DNA of 64,000 nucleotides, counting the filler, from Circinaria calcarea (taxonomy: Eukaryota): NCBI GenBank assembly GCA_051942165.1. It is 3 parts of 3 records of this genome, joined end to end, with 100 filler letters (N's around TTAATTAATTAA, not from the genome) between each part and the next. Parts side by side here need not be neighbours in the genome. Positions count along the whole stretch, not along the records: positions 44,329 to 64,000 come from JAVECS010000196.1; 2 more parts are not named here. One strand, written 5' to 3'. The notes under the pieces were generated by a model, which was given only the letters and a program-made list of their open reading frames with translations, had not been told where the DNA came from and made no database searches. Each line of letters opens with the position of its first letter. The first letter of the stretch is position 1. Positions 46,474 through 60,230 of the stretch are shown here, in pieces. Both the position numbers and the translations under genes were made by a program.

Positions 46474-48965
46474 TGTAAAGGCTACCTGACGGGTACAAGT
46501 ACGACGAGTACGTTAGGGAAGAACAGCAAACGCAGTCCAAGAACGTCAAAGGAAATCTTCCGCTAATAAGATCAGAAGCAAAGGCAACAAGATGCATCGA
46601 AGGCAGCTAGCATGCCATATCAGTCCCCTTGTGTACGAAACAGGGGAAGCCATAGGCCATAGGGGTACTCGATGCATCAACGGAGTTTGGATGGAGCCTC
46701 TGGCCATGTCCGTGTAAGTGCTTTTGCTGCGCGTGACCCGAGACATGATGGAAAGATCCAGCTCCCACTGGACCGAGGACATATCTTGGCATGACGGTGA
46801 AGCATGAGGATATTCAGCTGTGCGTGTCCCGCCTCCGGCCATAGAATGGAAAACCCCCGTCTTCCCACTGGGTCATGGTGGATCCTCGGAGGACTTGAAA
46901 CGTGACCTCGGCGAGCATAGGTCGTTCTACCTTCTATCTCGAACTTCCGCCTTATCGCGTCGGTAGGTTAGCTCGGTAGAATGGATAAGGTCCAGGCGCT
47001 CGGTGAAGTCTTTCGGCGGAGGAGAAAACCATCTCAGCTGAAGTTGAATGCGGTTACGTCCCTAGCGCCCCCAAGGATCTTGCCGATTCGACGGCTCGGA
47101 TGACTAAGACGACCGCTTTCCACACCCGAGCCAATCACGCCATGCCCTTCTCCACCCTCAGCTGGAGCAGGATAAATGGGTGGAGAAGCCTTAATGACAT
47201 GGAGCAGCCTCGTTTGTCGCCTTGTGTAAAGTATGATTCCCAATTCAGTGCAATCGATCCGGTTCTATCCAGCAAAACCAAGAGATAGGGATCAGTGGAG
47301 CCGATCAATATGCACGCACCACGGTCAACCACGCATCCTATCTAGAACTTCGACACGCCTTGGCTACCAACCCTCCATACTTACCCCAGCATCTTTCCCG
47401 ACGGATCCTGAGCCATGGCGTCGGCAAAGTGCCCCCCTCGGGTAATCCTTTCGTTTCGAGGACCTGTTAGCCTGCGAAAGAGACAATAGCCTGAGATGCC
47501 ATCTGTTTCCCTAACTTGGAACCGATGTAAACCCGACGTAGCCTCTGTTCCTATCCGCTGGCTAGCGAGGGCAAGACTGGTTTGGAGTGCTACCCTTGTA
47601 TGTATTGACACCTATCACTGCTGCGTCTGCCACAGCTGGATGGTGACCGAGTAGCGCCTTCAGTTCTGCCGGAGCAAACTCATCATGCTTTGCTTTGGTT
47701 AACTACCAGGGGCTTGTTACTTTCCTCGCGGATTTGGCTGCCTGCTGATTGGCTGACCTCTTTCCTGTTGACCCTGTAGACATTGCTGTTATTATCCACG
47801 TAACGGATATCTCCGGTCTCCAGCCATCCATCATGAGTCAATATCTCCGCTATTGCTCTCTCGTTTCGCCAACATTTTCACCACATTCGTTTCCCTTGCC
47901 TATATTTTGCCTCCCTCCCCTTGTGGAATTTCGTGAGTTCCCTCGTCATTTATGACCTGGCTTCATCAATGGCATAGGGCTCACTGAGGTAGAAAGGCGT
48001 GTATTTTTGGTGGAGATCACCCAACGTATTTGCATATATTGGCATTCAAGATGAAGACACGGTCATCCAGCTGGCGACCATGACTGACAAGGCCCGCAGC
48101 GACACGTCGAGACCACAAGCGGTAGGTTTGAAGGATCAGGTAGCATTCTGAGTCCTCAGCAGGAAATTAATAAGAGCCGGCTCTCATCCCACAATAGGAT
48201 GAGTGGGTGAATGGAGGAGCGACGACACTATCAAGGTATCAGGAATCAACACAGTCTAGCCGGGCTTGACGCGCATAGTGACAGTCATGGACAATAGAAT
48301 GTACAAAGGAACCTTTATAAAGTCTGCTCACAAGCAGGTTTGGTAGCAAGAACTCACCTGGTATTCATACGACCATTGTGTGAAACTTATATCATGTTGC
48401 GAGTATACCCCTATCAGCTATCACTGAGAGTTGTGGTGCGTTTGATCGGTAACGGATACAAGGATGGAATTCTCTCAAGTCGGATCATTACATTGGATAT
48501 AGTCGTAAGCTCGCTTCGGTTACGCACTCGGACCGTCGAATCACTCCTAGCATCCCTCCGAGGTCATTGATAGGAAGCTTCCTGTCCATGTTTAACACAG
48601 CATCTATCCAAAACTATTCCCAGCGTGTCCCTGGGGAATGGCTGCCTCATATACCATTCATCGGCTGAATTGGTGATGAGGGTGATTGAGGATATGACCT
48701 GTATTAGGGTTTCTAACCGGTTCGGTTATGGCCAACCCTACACAGGCTTGATTGTTTAATTAGCTATCTTGCCTTGTCTCCCTCAGCATGGGACAATAGT
48801 GCCATCAGGTCATGAGACCGTACTCCTTAGCCAAAACTACTTTTCCAATGCAGTCGGGTATCATTGTGCCTCAAACTCCATGATATGCTCCTCGCGAATT
48901 CCGGATACCAACCACCGAACCTTTCCGCCCAATCCTACTGCATCGGGTCCAGGAATAGGTAGGAT

Positions 48966-51900
48966 CTAATTGTCGTTCCCGCCAAGAAATGCCAGAGCAG
49001 CACTGAGTTCATCGACAATCTTCTCCTCGAGCCGATTCTCTGCCGCACTCTCCGATTTCGAAGGTCTCTGCCTTGCCCACGCTTCTTCCCGTGCATTCGT
49101 CGGCACGATCCTTTCACGAAGGGCCTTTCTCCGTTGCAACAAGCTGTAAAGATCCTCCTTCGCCTGCGCCTGTCCCCATTCCACCGCAGCTATTGTGGAT
49201 GAAACGATTCCCGCGCTAGCTCCAGCTTCTCGGATGGTATCGAGTATCACTGTCAAAAGTGCCAACGACTGGATTTCCAACGATAGATCCAAGGTCATAC
49301 ACCCCGCGATTGGGTTTACGTCAACATCACTTGCTGCTCTCTGCATCTGATTTTGAAATTGGGTTAAAAAGGCCGCGACCTCTGCCGCTATTGGTGCTCC
49401 GATTGCCCTTAATAAGTTCAATGCGAGCGGAAGGAGGCCTCGCGACCAGATTCTGTGCATTCTTGCCGGCTCATCCAGCGGACCGATTCCCCCATCCCGA
49501 CGAAAATAATCCATTAAGTTCGCCGACGAAATCTGAGTTAGTGTACCTTCCACTGCAATAGACTCGGCAAGGGCCGGTACAGTGGACAGCGCCACTAGGT
49601 ACATTATACTGAGCTCACCGTACACTGGGTCGTTGCCCACCGTGAGCTGATCAGACCAAGATAACAAGGTACTCGCATATCGAGCTGTATTGTCATCGGT
49701 GAATTGGGACACGAGATGGGTGGTGAGCTGTCTAATACCGGGCACGCATAGAGCTGTTTGTAGGATGGCAGTGATTAACGCAAAATCAACCGGTAGAACC
49801 CGTGAAGCGTCATCGTGCAAAGTGGCTGTCAAAGAGCGAAAGCCTTGAGCCACCACAATCCGAATAATCTCAAGGACGGTTTGAGTTGTTTCCGATCGAT
49901 CTGGCATCCGGGAAGCACCAAAATCCTCGTTGTTAGATTCTGGCGAATTTCGTGTATGAGCTTGTAAGGCGGCATAAACGATTCTCAATAGTAGTCGATC
50001 GTAATCTGCCTCTGGACCTATTAATGCTGCGCCAAGGCTAGGCGCGTGATTACGAAGCGTTTCCCACGCTGGCTTCAATATGCCTCGAGCTTCCACACTT
50101 GACGGTGCAACCTCCAAGATTCGCTGTGTGAGTATAAAGGCCAAATCTACGCGGGAGCGAGCAAGGCTGACAAAGATAGCGTCTGGAAGCGTGTTCTCCA
50201 TGTTCGAAACTAGACATCGATGAATAACGGTAGCTATGGACTTGTGGAATCCGTCATCGTCACCCAAGGCAAGGCTCAGTTCGACCACGAGAGATTTCCA
50301 GCTGTTCAGCAGATTCTAAACTCCGTTAGCCGTCTTCCTTATCAAGTGTCCTAGGTGTATGCACTTACTATCTGCGATTCTACGATCGACATGTTAATAT
50401 TAGCTCTTGAGAATTCCTCGGCAAAACTCTGTTTCCCCTTTCTAGCCCACGCTGGATCGAAATCCAGCATCAAACCAGCTATTTCCAAATCATAATAGTA
50501 ATTGTTCCCTAACCTCGACGGGCTGAATGAAGTTTTCTTGAAGTTCGCTAAACTGCAACCTGGAAACTTCGATCCAAAATTTTTGCGCAAGTTCCCATGC
50601 AGAGAGGCATTGTAACTGGGCACGTCCACCGCATGTTGTATGAGATATCCCAGGCGAGGCACAAGCTTCTTAGCAAACATGGTATCGCCTTTTTCTTTCC
50701 AAGAGTGAATGTACAACCCAAAAATAGAGATGATATAAGATGTGATCAGTATCTGATGAGGGCTTTTTGAAAACGCTGTCAAAGTATCATTAGTTGCTGT
50801 GACGTCTGCTTGAGGTAGCTGGTCCATCAGTATCGTGAGAAGATCGTGGTCTTTATCCAACTGGGTCAAAACCCACGGCCAAAAGTCTGCAGCTAATGTG
50901 AGGAACTCGAGGATATTTCCAGCTTCTTCAGGCTGTAGTCTCTCGAGGTGGGAGAGGCGTCTTGATGCCACATTGAGCATCGACCGAGGGTTTTGAGAAT
51001 TTGCCTTGGAACACTTGTCATTGTCTCGAAGTGCTTCTCGAGGCGTGCTACCTCTAAGTAGGTATATAGAGAACCACTGTTGACGTTGACTAACAACCGC
51101 TGCGAGAAACTTCCAGATTGCGATGGAAAGCAGTTTGTCGTTCAAAGGCTGATCTAGAGTAGAAATCATTTCTAAGAAATACTTGGCTATATCTTGACCG
51201 AGGCATCCCAATATAGACGGCGGTTGGGCTTCTTGTCGACCAATATTTGTGACTAGTATCTCAAGAAGCTCAATTACGGGTAACCTGTAGTTGTCGTGGA
51301 TGGAATATAGTTTGACCAGCACTGGCATGGACTTGAAAAGGTTCTCTTCCAGGTGGGCGGGAGGAAAACCTGAGTGTTGATTAAGTCGCACCAACGTACT
51401 GCTCAACTTGAGTGCAGCTATGGTTTGTGATATGCGATGGGCAGTAAGCCTAGTGGGTAGACTGCTTTCTGGTATAGTCATACCCTCAAGAAAGATATGT
51501 AAAAGCGGCAACGCTGGCAGGTCGTTGTTCGCCTTGGAGAGAAAAGCTTCAAGTAGATAGGTGGCCGTTGGGGCAAGCAACCCAGTTAGTTTTCCCGCAA
51601 GATCTGGGTTGTCGTCCACCTTGAAGCAAGAAGTCAAAATCTTGTCCAGAACTGAGCAGACCACATAGCTGATTTCTGCACACTCCTCCGGATTTGCAAA
51701 CCTCCAACTTCGACTTGTCTCGAATACGTCGACTGTAATCTGTCCCATGCTCCGGAGAATTTTCTTGATCACCGAGTCTGAGATCCCGGCTCCTACAGTA
51801 TCTTGTTCTCCAAAGCGTGCTAATGCCTTGGTGCTAATTTTTCGGGAGACAGCATGTTTAATGACATCGTCAATCAATGCGTCAAAAACACGGATGCAGC

Positions 51901-54724
51901 CTTGTAGAAATCCGTAACGGCCAGAAGGCATCTCAAAGCCGGAAATCACAGCAGACAGTCGACTTTCCTTACCATCAAGGCTTATAAGACCGCTCCTGGC
52001 AAGAAAAGGCCAAATTCGAGTCGGTAACACTATAAGAAGCGCGTGTGCGAACTCGATGCAGTGAATCAGTAGTTCAGTTGATGCGGCCACAGAGGCAGTG
52101 GACTGAACTCTATAGAGCTCATCCTCGAAGATTGCGAGTATGATCGACACCACGTCTTGGTTGCCGTCAAGTCCATCGTTAGCTTCCTCCAAGACTTCTT
52201 GGGCCACCTCTGACGCTATCTGTCCGGTTGTTTCATCGTTGCTGGCCGACGCTAATATTGCTGTCAATATGCCAATAATCTCAATCACCACGGGCGTAGT
52301 TGCTGCTGCGGTATCACTGTAGTGCATATCCTTGTTGTCCACAGCCTGTTGTAGGAATCTACCCATATACTTAAGGCCAGAATACTCGTAATGCCATATC
52401 ACAACGACAGGCTTGCCGTTTGATAAGACTCGTCCTGCTGTTTGGGCTGGCAATTGAAAGTCGCTATTGCTGGCTGAAAACTTGGCTGATCCCGATATCT
52501 GGGTGATTCGCTTTCGAGCAGTGTTCAAGCCATGAGCTGGACGGTGGGGGAAAATCTCTACGCTATCATTTAGCTCAAGATAGGGTGAGTTATCCATGTC
52601 TAAGCGATCCGTATAGCCAGCGTCATCTAAAGTAGATGTAAAAGATGGTATATTCTCCAGAATTGACCTTATTGCAATTTTTCCTTCGTCGAGCGTACAG
52701 CTGGAAGATGCCAAAGCTCGGCATAGCTTGAGGAACGGAAGGACTTCATATGGGAATCGAGAAAGAGCAGCGTCAAACAGCCTCTCCATCAGAAACGAAT
52801 CATTGAGAAATACAGCAGCTGGCTGAGCATCGCGAGAATGTTGAGGTGACTCCAGAATGTCCCAATACCGCCCAGATCCAGTCAAGATGGCCAATGTTGC
52901 GGAGACTATTTCTGGTCCATAATCGATATATTCCGCTGCAGCTCGGATGAGATCTAGGAGTAAGAGTCGGATCTGCAATCCGCATTTTCCTTGGTGTTCT
53001 GAACCATATTGCGTACAGAAGTCGGTCGCGAGGTTAGTGATAATGTCAAAGACATGGCTGTAATCTACAGCGCATCTTGCCAACAAGGATATAGGATCCT
53101 CATTCAACGGCAGTCTGTCCAAGGTTTCCTGGATCTCTTCCAGGTATGTAGGCTGCTGAGAGGTGTCGCTCCCAGCAGATGAGCGTCGATGATGTGAAGG
53201 GAAGCTGGTCCCCGATAAGCCTTCTCGACCTTCAGGTTCTGAAAGAGTGGGGCCATATGCATTCGCTGCACGCTGGGACTGCCGGAGTTCCCGAACTTCT
53301 TTGGATTTACTAGCGTACTCTCTGAGAGTCTGTAAAATTATCCCCCATGCGAACACCGCAGGACTTGCATTGCAGTTCCCTAGTTTAGCAGCATCGACAA
53401 GGATTTCTGTGACTTGCAGGATGCAATCCTCTTGAAGAAGGTAATGGGAACCTCGTGTAGAATCTGCTGCTGATCTCGAAAGGGTTGATATTTCTTCGAG
53501 TTTTTCGAGGGCGATAGGAATTTTTAATATGGCTAGCGAGACCAGCGCAACATTCGCTTGGAAAGGCAACAAATAAACGGTATTCTCCCCTTGGAAGAGC
53601 TGAAAATATATTAGAACGGGAGTATGAAGAAGACAGTTATCCAGCTTACTAGTTCAGCTTGCTCAAAGAATCCAAATTGGCTGACAAATTTAAACCAAGA
53701 GAGTATCAAGCTCGGTTTTGTCAGCTCGTGGAAAGAGTGGATTGAGACGAGTATGATCTGCATAATGTGCACCATTTCAAGGATCTGATTTCTGTTCCAT
53801 GCGATCTCGAATTCCTCCTTGACGCTCTCTTTGCTGAGAAACCCACTCCCCTTGTCTAGGGCATCAATACGACTTTGCAACGCAAGTGTCACATCATGGA
53901 ACCAATGTTTACTGCTAGACGCTTTTGCACACGATACATCCCATACTTTAAGGAGCGCTATCCCAAGATGCTCCACCCAGTTATGTTCTGCGTCTTCGCC
54001 TTCAAGCCCACCAAGGCTAGAGTCAACAGTTCCTCTGGTATCCGCCCTGTAGGTAGCGAGGAAGAGTATGAATTCGACCGTTTTGAGCAGATAACGTCTT
54101 TCAGATAGGTAGAGATCTAGGAGCCGTAAACGCCGTCCTAAGGAGGAGTCAATCTGTTCGGGGTCGACTCTTAGCATAATCTGAGATCCAACACCGTTGA
54201 CAGATCGAAGTTCGACATGCGTAGTGTGGAGGCTGCGATCGGGTGAGATTACGCTCAGATCAAGATCAAGCGAGGCCAGCGATAGATAGGCAGCTGCCCT
54301 TGTCTGCCATTCTAGAATTGCGAGTCTAAGAGCTGATACTTCATCAATACCAATTTCTTTACTCAGCCATAAAGTGTCGTCTTTGATCTGCTGTATGTCG
54401 TATGGCCCTTCGGCAGTCGGGGTCACATGGATTGCAGATGTCCTTGTCTCAAAGGCAGCTCTGCTTTGGGGCGTTACCGCTGGATATGGATTGAGGCACT
54501 GGACCAGAGTATCGAAGGTGGCCTTATCGGTCAGATGTCGCCTCAATCGCTCATGCTTGGTTCTTGAGGAAAGCTGAGATAGCCCGGTGAATGTTGTTCT
54601 CCATGACCTGAGTTGATTAGTTTGCAACCTGAATTCTCTACGAATTTACTGACAGGAGCTGGAAATCTCCACCCAGACATTTGTCCAGAGGTGGAAAATA
54701 TGCCGAGTCCCCCTCAGGCGCCAT
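48966..54724 (-). CDS. NUP188: Nucleoporin Nup188
   Basis: About 1850-aa helical protein over 4 exons. N-terminus YFPPLDKCL..SW, IKDDTLWLSKEIGIDEVSALRLAILEWQ, YLSERRY and NINMSIVESQ. Confidence 0.88.
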
Positions 54725-54880
54725 GAGGGCGTCTGCTGATGGGAAATCACGTTCGTAAGGACAAGAGCTGTTGAGCTTGTGTCTCCAGGAAATAATGCTG
54801 GGCGTTGACGCGCATCCCACGCTCGCATCGGAATTTCCCTGCTCCGTAGCGTTCATTTATGGGAGACGTGAACTTTGAAG

Positions 54881-54887
54881 TGACTCT
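54881..54887 (+). promoter_or_regulatory. Putative CpcA/Gcn4 response element upstream of trpC
   Basis: TGACTCT about 200 nt upstream of the trpC ATG, in the short divergent NUP188-trpC intergenic region. Confidence 0.45.
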
Positions 54888-55083
54888 CTAGGTGTCAAAC
54901 AAGGAATGCTCATTCAACCCTTCTGCTACACTGAATAAGATGTTGGGTAGAGGGACTGAAGAAACATAATACATTAACAGCATTACCTTTTCTTTCCAAA
55001 GTTTCAGCAGTTCAAAGTATGTTTCTCATACAGAGTCTAAGTCTGTTGTGAAGGTGGTCTTCCGTACTTTAAAAAGGCCAACG

Positions 55084-57482
55084 ATGCCAGGTCTCGAATT
55101 GATTGATCACTCTCCCTATCATCCCTCTCGATCATCAAGCCTACCCAATGCGTCGAATCTGGTTCTAATAGATAATTATGATTCGTTCACTTGGAACGTA
55201 TACCAATATCTCGTCCTCGAGGGTGCCAATGTTACTGTATACCGTAATGACGAGATCACCCTTGCAGAGTTGATCAGAAAGAGACCGACACAGCTAGTCC
55301 TCAGTCCTGGACCAGGCCATCCTGATACCGACACAGGTATCAGCCATGAAGCTCTTAAACACTTTAGTGGCAAGATCCCAATTTTGGGTGTTTGCATGGG
55401 AGAGTATGTGAATCTCCTTTGGTTGCAACCGTGAAGCTGAACTTCCATCCTAGGCAGTGCATCTTCTCGGTCTTTGGCGGCCGCGTCGATGTCACCGGTG
55501 AGATCCTGCATGGCAAAACTTCGCCATTACGTCACGATTCCAAGGGCGTATACTCGGGACTCCCTCAAGATCTACCGGTGACTCGATATCACTCACTTGC
55601 TGGTACCCATGCAACTTTACCGGACTCTCTAGAGGTCTCCTCCTGGATTGCTAGCGGTCCTGATGGAGGCAAAGGGATTATCATGGGAGTCCGCCACAAG
55701 ACTCTCCTAGTCGAAGGCGTTCAGTTCCACCCGGAGAGTATATTAACCTCTGAAGGAAGGACGATGTTGAAGAACTTCCTAAAAATGCAAGGCGGTACTT
55801 GGGCGGAGGACGCAAAGTACCATGGGCAAACGACAGTTCCGATTCCTCTGATTTCTGGAGACAGCGTAGTCAAAATGAACGGCACATCCAGTAGAAAACC
55901 TCCACAACGCGGCCAAGGGTCCATCCTTGATGAAATTTTTCAACATAGACGAGGAGTAGTTGAAGCACAGAAGCAGGTACCTTCTCAACGCCCGAGTGAT
56001 CTTCAAGCTTCATATGACCTAGATCTTTGCCCTCCTCAGATCTCCTTTTACGATAGATTGCAAATTTCACCTTTTGCACTCTCTTTGATGGCAGAGATCA
56101 AAAGAGCCTCTCCTTCGAAGGGTGCCATTGCTATGGATATATGTGCTCCAGCACAGGCAAGAAAGTATGCCTTGGCCGGAGCAAGTGTCATCTCCGTTCT
56201 CACGGAGCCCGAATGGTTCCAGGGAAGCATCCAAGATCTCCGATTGGTACGCCAGGCTCTTGAGGGATTTACAAACCGTCCAGCGGTCTTACGGAAGGAA
56301 TTCATTTTCGAGGAATATCAAATCCTTGAAGCCAGGCTAGCAGGAGCTGATACGATTCTGTTAATCGTGAAAATGCTCGATAGAGTTACCCTTGGACGGC
56401 TCTATCAGTATTCTCAGAGCTTGGCAATGGAGCCGCTAGTTGAAGTGAATACCATTGAGGAAATGAGTACCGCTATAGAATTAGGGGCTAAAGTGATAGG
56501 CGTCAACAATCGAGACTTGACCAGTTTTGAGGTTGATTTGAATACAACAAGTCGCCTTATGAACGGGGTCCCTAAGGGGACGATAGTCTGTGCTCTCAGT
56601 GGGATATCAGGACCAGATGATGTACAAGCCTATAAGTGTAATGGTGTTGGTGGAGTTCTGGTTGGAGAAGCGTTGATGCGCGCGCAGAATATCAACATGT
56701 TCGTTTCTGAGCTACTAGGGGAGTCCGACATGGCCCGCGAAAAACCGGCAGAGGCAGAGATTTTGGTGAAAATATGTGGCACAAGGACACCCGAGGCCGC
56801 CAAAGCTGCTATTGAAGCTGGAGCTGACATGATCGGCATCATCCTGGTCGAAGGTCGAAGGCGTTGTGTCGCAGCAGAGACGGCCATCTCAATCTCCAAA
56901 GTCGTACATACCACCAAGAAACCGAAAGCAGAGCAGAATACACTGAACGTGCATAAGAACTCACTTAAATCAGGGGAGTTCTTTGATCACTCAACTCACT
57001 TCATCAGAGAGTCTGGTCGGGCTCGCCTAGTTGGCGTCTTTCAAAATCAACCCCTTTCCCACATACTGAACCAACAACGGCTTTTCGACCTTGACATGGT
57101 CCAACTTCATGGATCTGAGCCGCTTGAATGGGCTTCGTTGATACCTGTGCCAGTCATACGTCGTTTCAGTCCTAGGGAGGCTGGGCTCACCAAACGAGGT
57201 TACCATGCTTTGCCATTGCTGGACTCTGCTATAGGTGGTACTGGAGAGATTATGGACGTGAATGTGGTAGAGGAGTGTTTGGGATCCGACCTCGGATTGA
57301 GGGTGATGCTGGCTGGTGGATTAAATGCTGAAAACGTTGAGGGGATTATACAACGGCTACAGACTTATCATACCAGCATCGTCGCGGTAGATGTGAGCAG
57401 TGGAGTTGAGCATGACGGATCACAGAGCATCGAAAAGATACAGCGTTTCATACACGCTGTCAAAGCCGTACGCACTACATGA
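55084..57482 (+). CDS. trpC: Trifunctional tryptophan biosynthesis protein (anthranilate synthase GATase, IGPS, PRAI)
   Basis: [21 protein letters not shown] (intron 55404-55453), [30 protein letters not shown] and VDVSSGVE. Confidence 0.97.
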
Positions 57483-58227
57483 AGGATTAGCATGGACTCT
57501 GACAGCCACAGCAATTCGCACTGTCCGACATGGGTGCGGCTCGAGAACGGATTTATCACAAAACGACATCATGCTGCAATAAAAATCCGACAAACATGGT
57601 TGGACATTCTTCACGAACTCGTATATCATATCATGCACAGCATGCCTATACTCACCTACTTCCCTTATCTACCCAAGACCACTAAGTAAAACTCCACTAC
57701 CTTTGCTGAAGGCCATGCATTTTTGCACGCTAGACTACCTTCTCTCATTTGTCCAATCCTTCTTGGTTCAAGGTTAACTTTACTCTGTGAACTCCTATCA
57801 TCTCCCTCATAGTTGCCGCATTACTTCGCCGGCACTATTCCAGCCGCATTGCCCCAGCCGCATCACTAAAGGCTATCACTGCAAAATCTCGTAACTCACC
57901 CTCACCCCAGCTACCACCCTAGTTCTACGAATATCACAACTAGCACCATCAGGGATCTTCAGTCTCACCTCGAGCGCATAGCAAAACCGAAGCTTATGCT
58001 CCTCAGCTTTCAAGTAAGAGCTTCATTCAAGTCCATACTACTCACACCACAACTTTCATATCCATCACCCACTTCACGATCACTCTGTTTATCACAAACT
58101 TCCTTACTAATACCATTGCGATCAAGTCATGAAGTGGTAGACTCTCAATCCGCTTCCATCAATACCCTGGGAATTACTTTCTTATTGGAATCGATACGTT
58201 GCAACGACTCCAATATATCTACTGAAA

Positions 58228-59337
58228 ATGAAGAATCCTCTGAAGAAATGCACCATAGCTATCACTGGTGACTTTGGACCGAACCGTACCCATGACAGGC
58301 TCAGACAGTGGATTGAAAAGAATGGAGGGACATGTGTAAACAAAGTTGATTCCGAAGTCACCCACCTTGTCTGCTCCAGGGAGCATTTTCGAAGGCCTGT
58401 CGAGATGGGTGAGTCCGCCCCCTAAATAATCCAAAAACCCACGGAGCTTCCAAGCAGTAGCGTCTAGGAACAATCTCCAACCACTAATCCGTATCGATAT
58501 CATAGTGACGCAGGCACGCAAGATCAAGAAGCTCAAGATTGTCAGCTACGATTGGTTGGAAGACTCCTTGATGAAGCAGTCTCCAAGAAAAGAGGGAGAG
58601 TACCTTATGCGTGGGAAGGTTAAGGCCATCGCCAAAATGAAGGCTAAGAAAAAGGTGACCAGAAAGGAAAACCTCAAGGCAGGAGGTCTGCTTATCAATC
58701 CTACTCTAAAGTGATCAGGCTGATAATAATATAGTCGAAGCTTTCAAGGCAGGCTGTGAGGAGTTTAAGAACAAGCTGTATGTTGGTGCAAATGGTATAG
58801 ATTGCGGACCCATTTACACTAAAAAAAGCTGACCAGGAATCATTAGACGGCGGCTACCACATATATCATGACTCTACCGGCTTTAGCTACAACATCACCC
58901 TTGTCCGTGCGGATCTTATGATCAACAAGAACGAGCGTTATACCCTCAAGGTTGGTGATCTTCCACCTCCTATCTTCCCTTCATTCTCTCCCCGCGAACC
59001 TCGAGTGCCCCTTGATCGACCTCGTGCTCAACGTCTCCAGCTTTACGAGACCCACACGAATCCTTTTTTGTATGCCTGCTTCGCAACCTATTCCTCGCCA
59101 ACCACCAGTACGGCGACTCACGAATGTGCGCCGCGTGGAAGCTCCTTCTCCGTTGCGATGACCAGCTTCAAGAATTTCTTCGAGCTCAAGACCAAGAAGA
59201 AGTGGGATGACCGATTGGAGGAGATTGATACCGGCAACGAACGCGCCTACCGGTACACTCCGCCCGCTCCCGGTGAACCGGTAGGCAGATTCCTCGAAGA
59301 TTTTGGGAAATGCCCGGTGTGGCTGGATCCGTGGTGA
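58228..59337 (+). CDS. BRCT + WGR-like domain protein, multi-exon, no PARP catalytic domain
   Basis: BRCT: IAITGDF..WIEKNGG..VTHLVC..IVSYDWLEDSL. WGR-like: YNITLVRADLMINKNERYTLK|LYE...AMTSFKNFFELKTKKKWDDR...YRY. Confidence 0.75.
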
Positions 59338-60230
59338 GGGCTTTCATCAGGGGAGATACATGATTGCAGCATTTGGCACGGGCTTCATTCATCAAGGTCG
59401 GCGAGGGTAGGCGGAGCTCAGTGGCCATTATGATTGTTCCCGCAATGCAGCTCCTGGTACTCGGTGGTTGGACATACTTGATTACAAGGACGTCCGCAGC
59501 AGAGGTTCTGCTCGAGGCGTTTGTCGAGGAGCTCTTCTAGCAAGACTTGAAACAGGCAAATGCCACTCTCGAATCCCAAGTCCTAAGGAATCTTACCCGC
59601 ATCAGCTCTGCCCTGCCGTAATCCCACCCCCTTGGCCTTGTAGCCGCCGATGTATTTCCGATACTGAACTTTAATCCCCACCCCCTCGACCTTGTAGCCG
59701 TTTAGTCTACAAGCGATCTACCCATACGGAGTACTATTACGTAGAGCTGCTGATCCGTTGTTCCGTCTGAGCTTTTGGTGGATTGGTGCGGCAGAGCTAC
59801 TCGAGGGGATACTCAACTCTCCTGTGTTTGGCGGGGTAAGTCAGGAACCCCGCCATCGCGTTTATATCTTATCGGCGATTCAGCGTTACAGGGATCACGC
59901 CCAGGGAAAAGACCCCTCGTAACAATGTTTTGGGAGGACTATGTGGTGGGTGAGGCATCCCGTTTCAGGTAGATGCCCAATCCATTGGACCAGACCCTCC
60001 TTTAGACGCTCTTGGTGCAGCCACAGAAGGTGCGTCCTGACTGCTTTCCCGTTCCCCAGAAGCAACCACTTCTTTCTGCTTCGTACACACCTCGACACAA
60101 TCTTCTCCTCCTTGATCTTGCCCGTTGCCGCCAGAACAGTTCGGACGAGAGCTCACCAACACATCCGTTACCCTTTCAGCGTACTCTTCGTAACGTTCAG
60201 AATATCAATTCCGAGCCAACTATTTCAACA

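Noticed and set aside
48364..48480. CATACGACCAT resembling a 5S rRNA 5' end
   Set aside because: Similarity stops after ~11 nt; no internal control region or pairing 3' end.
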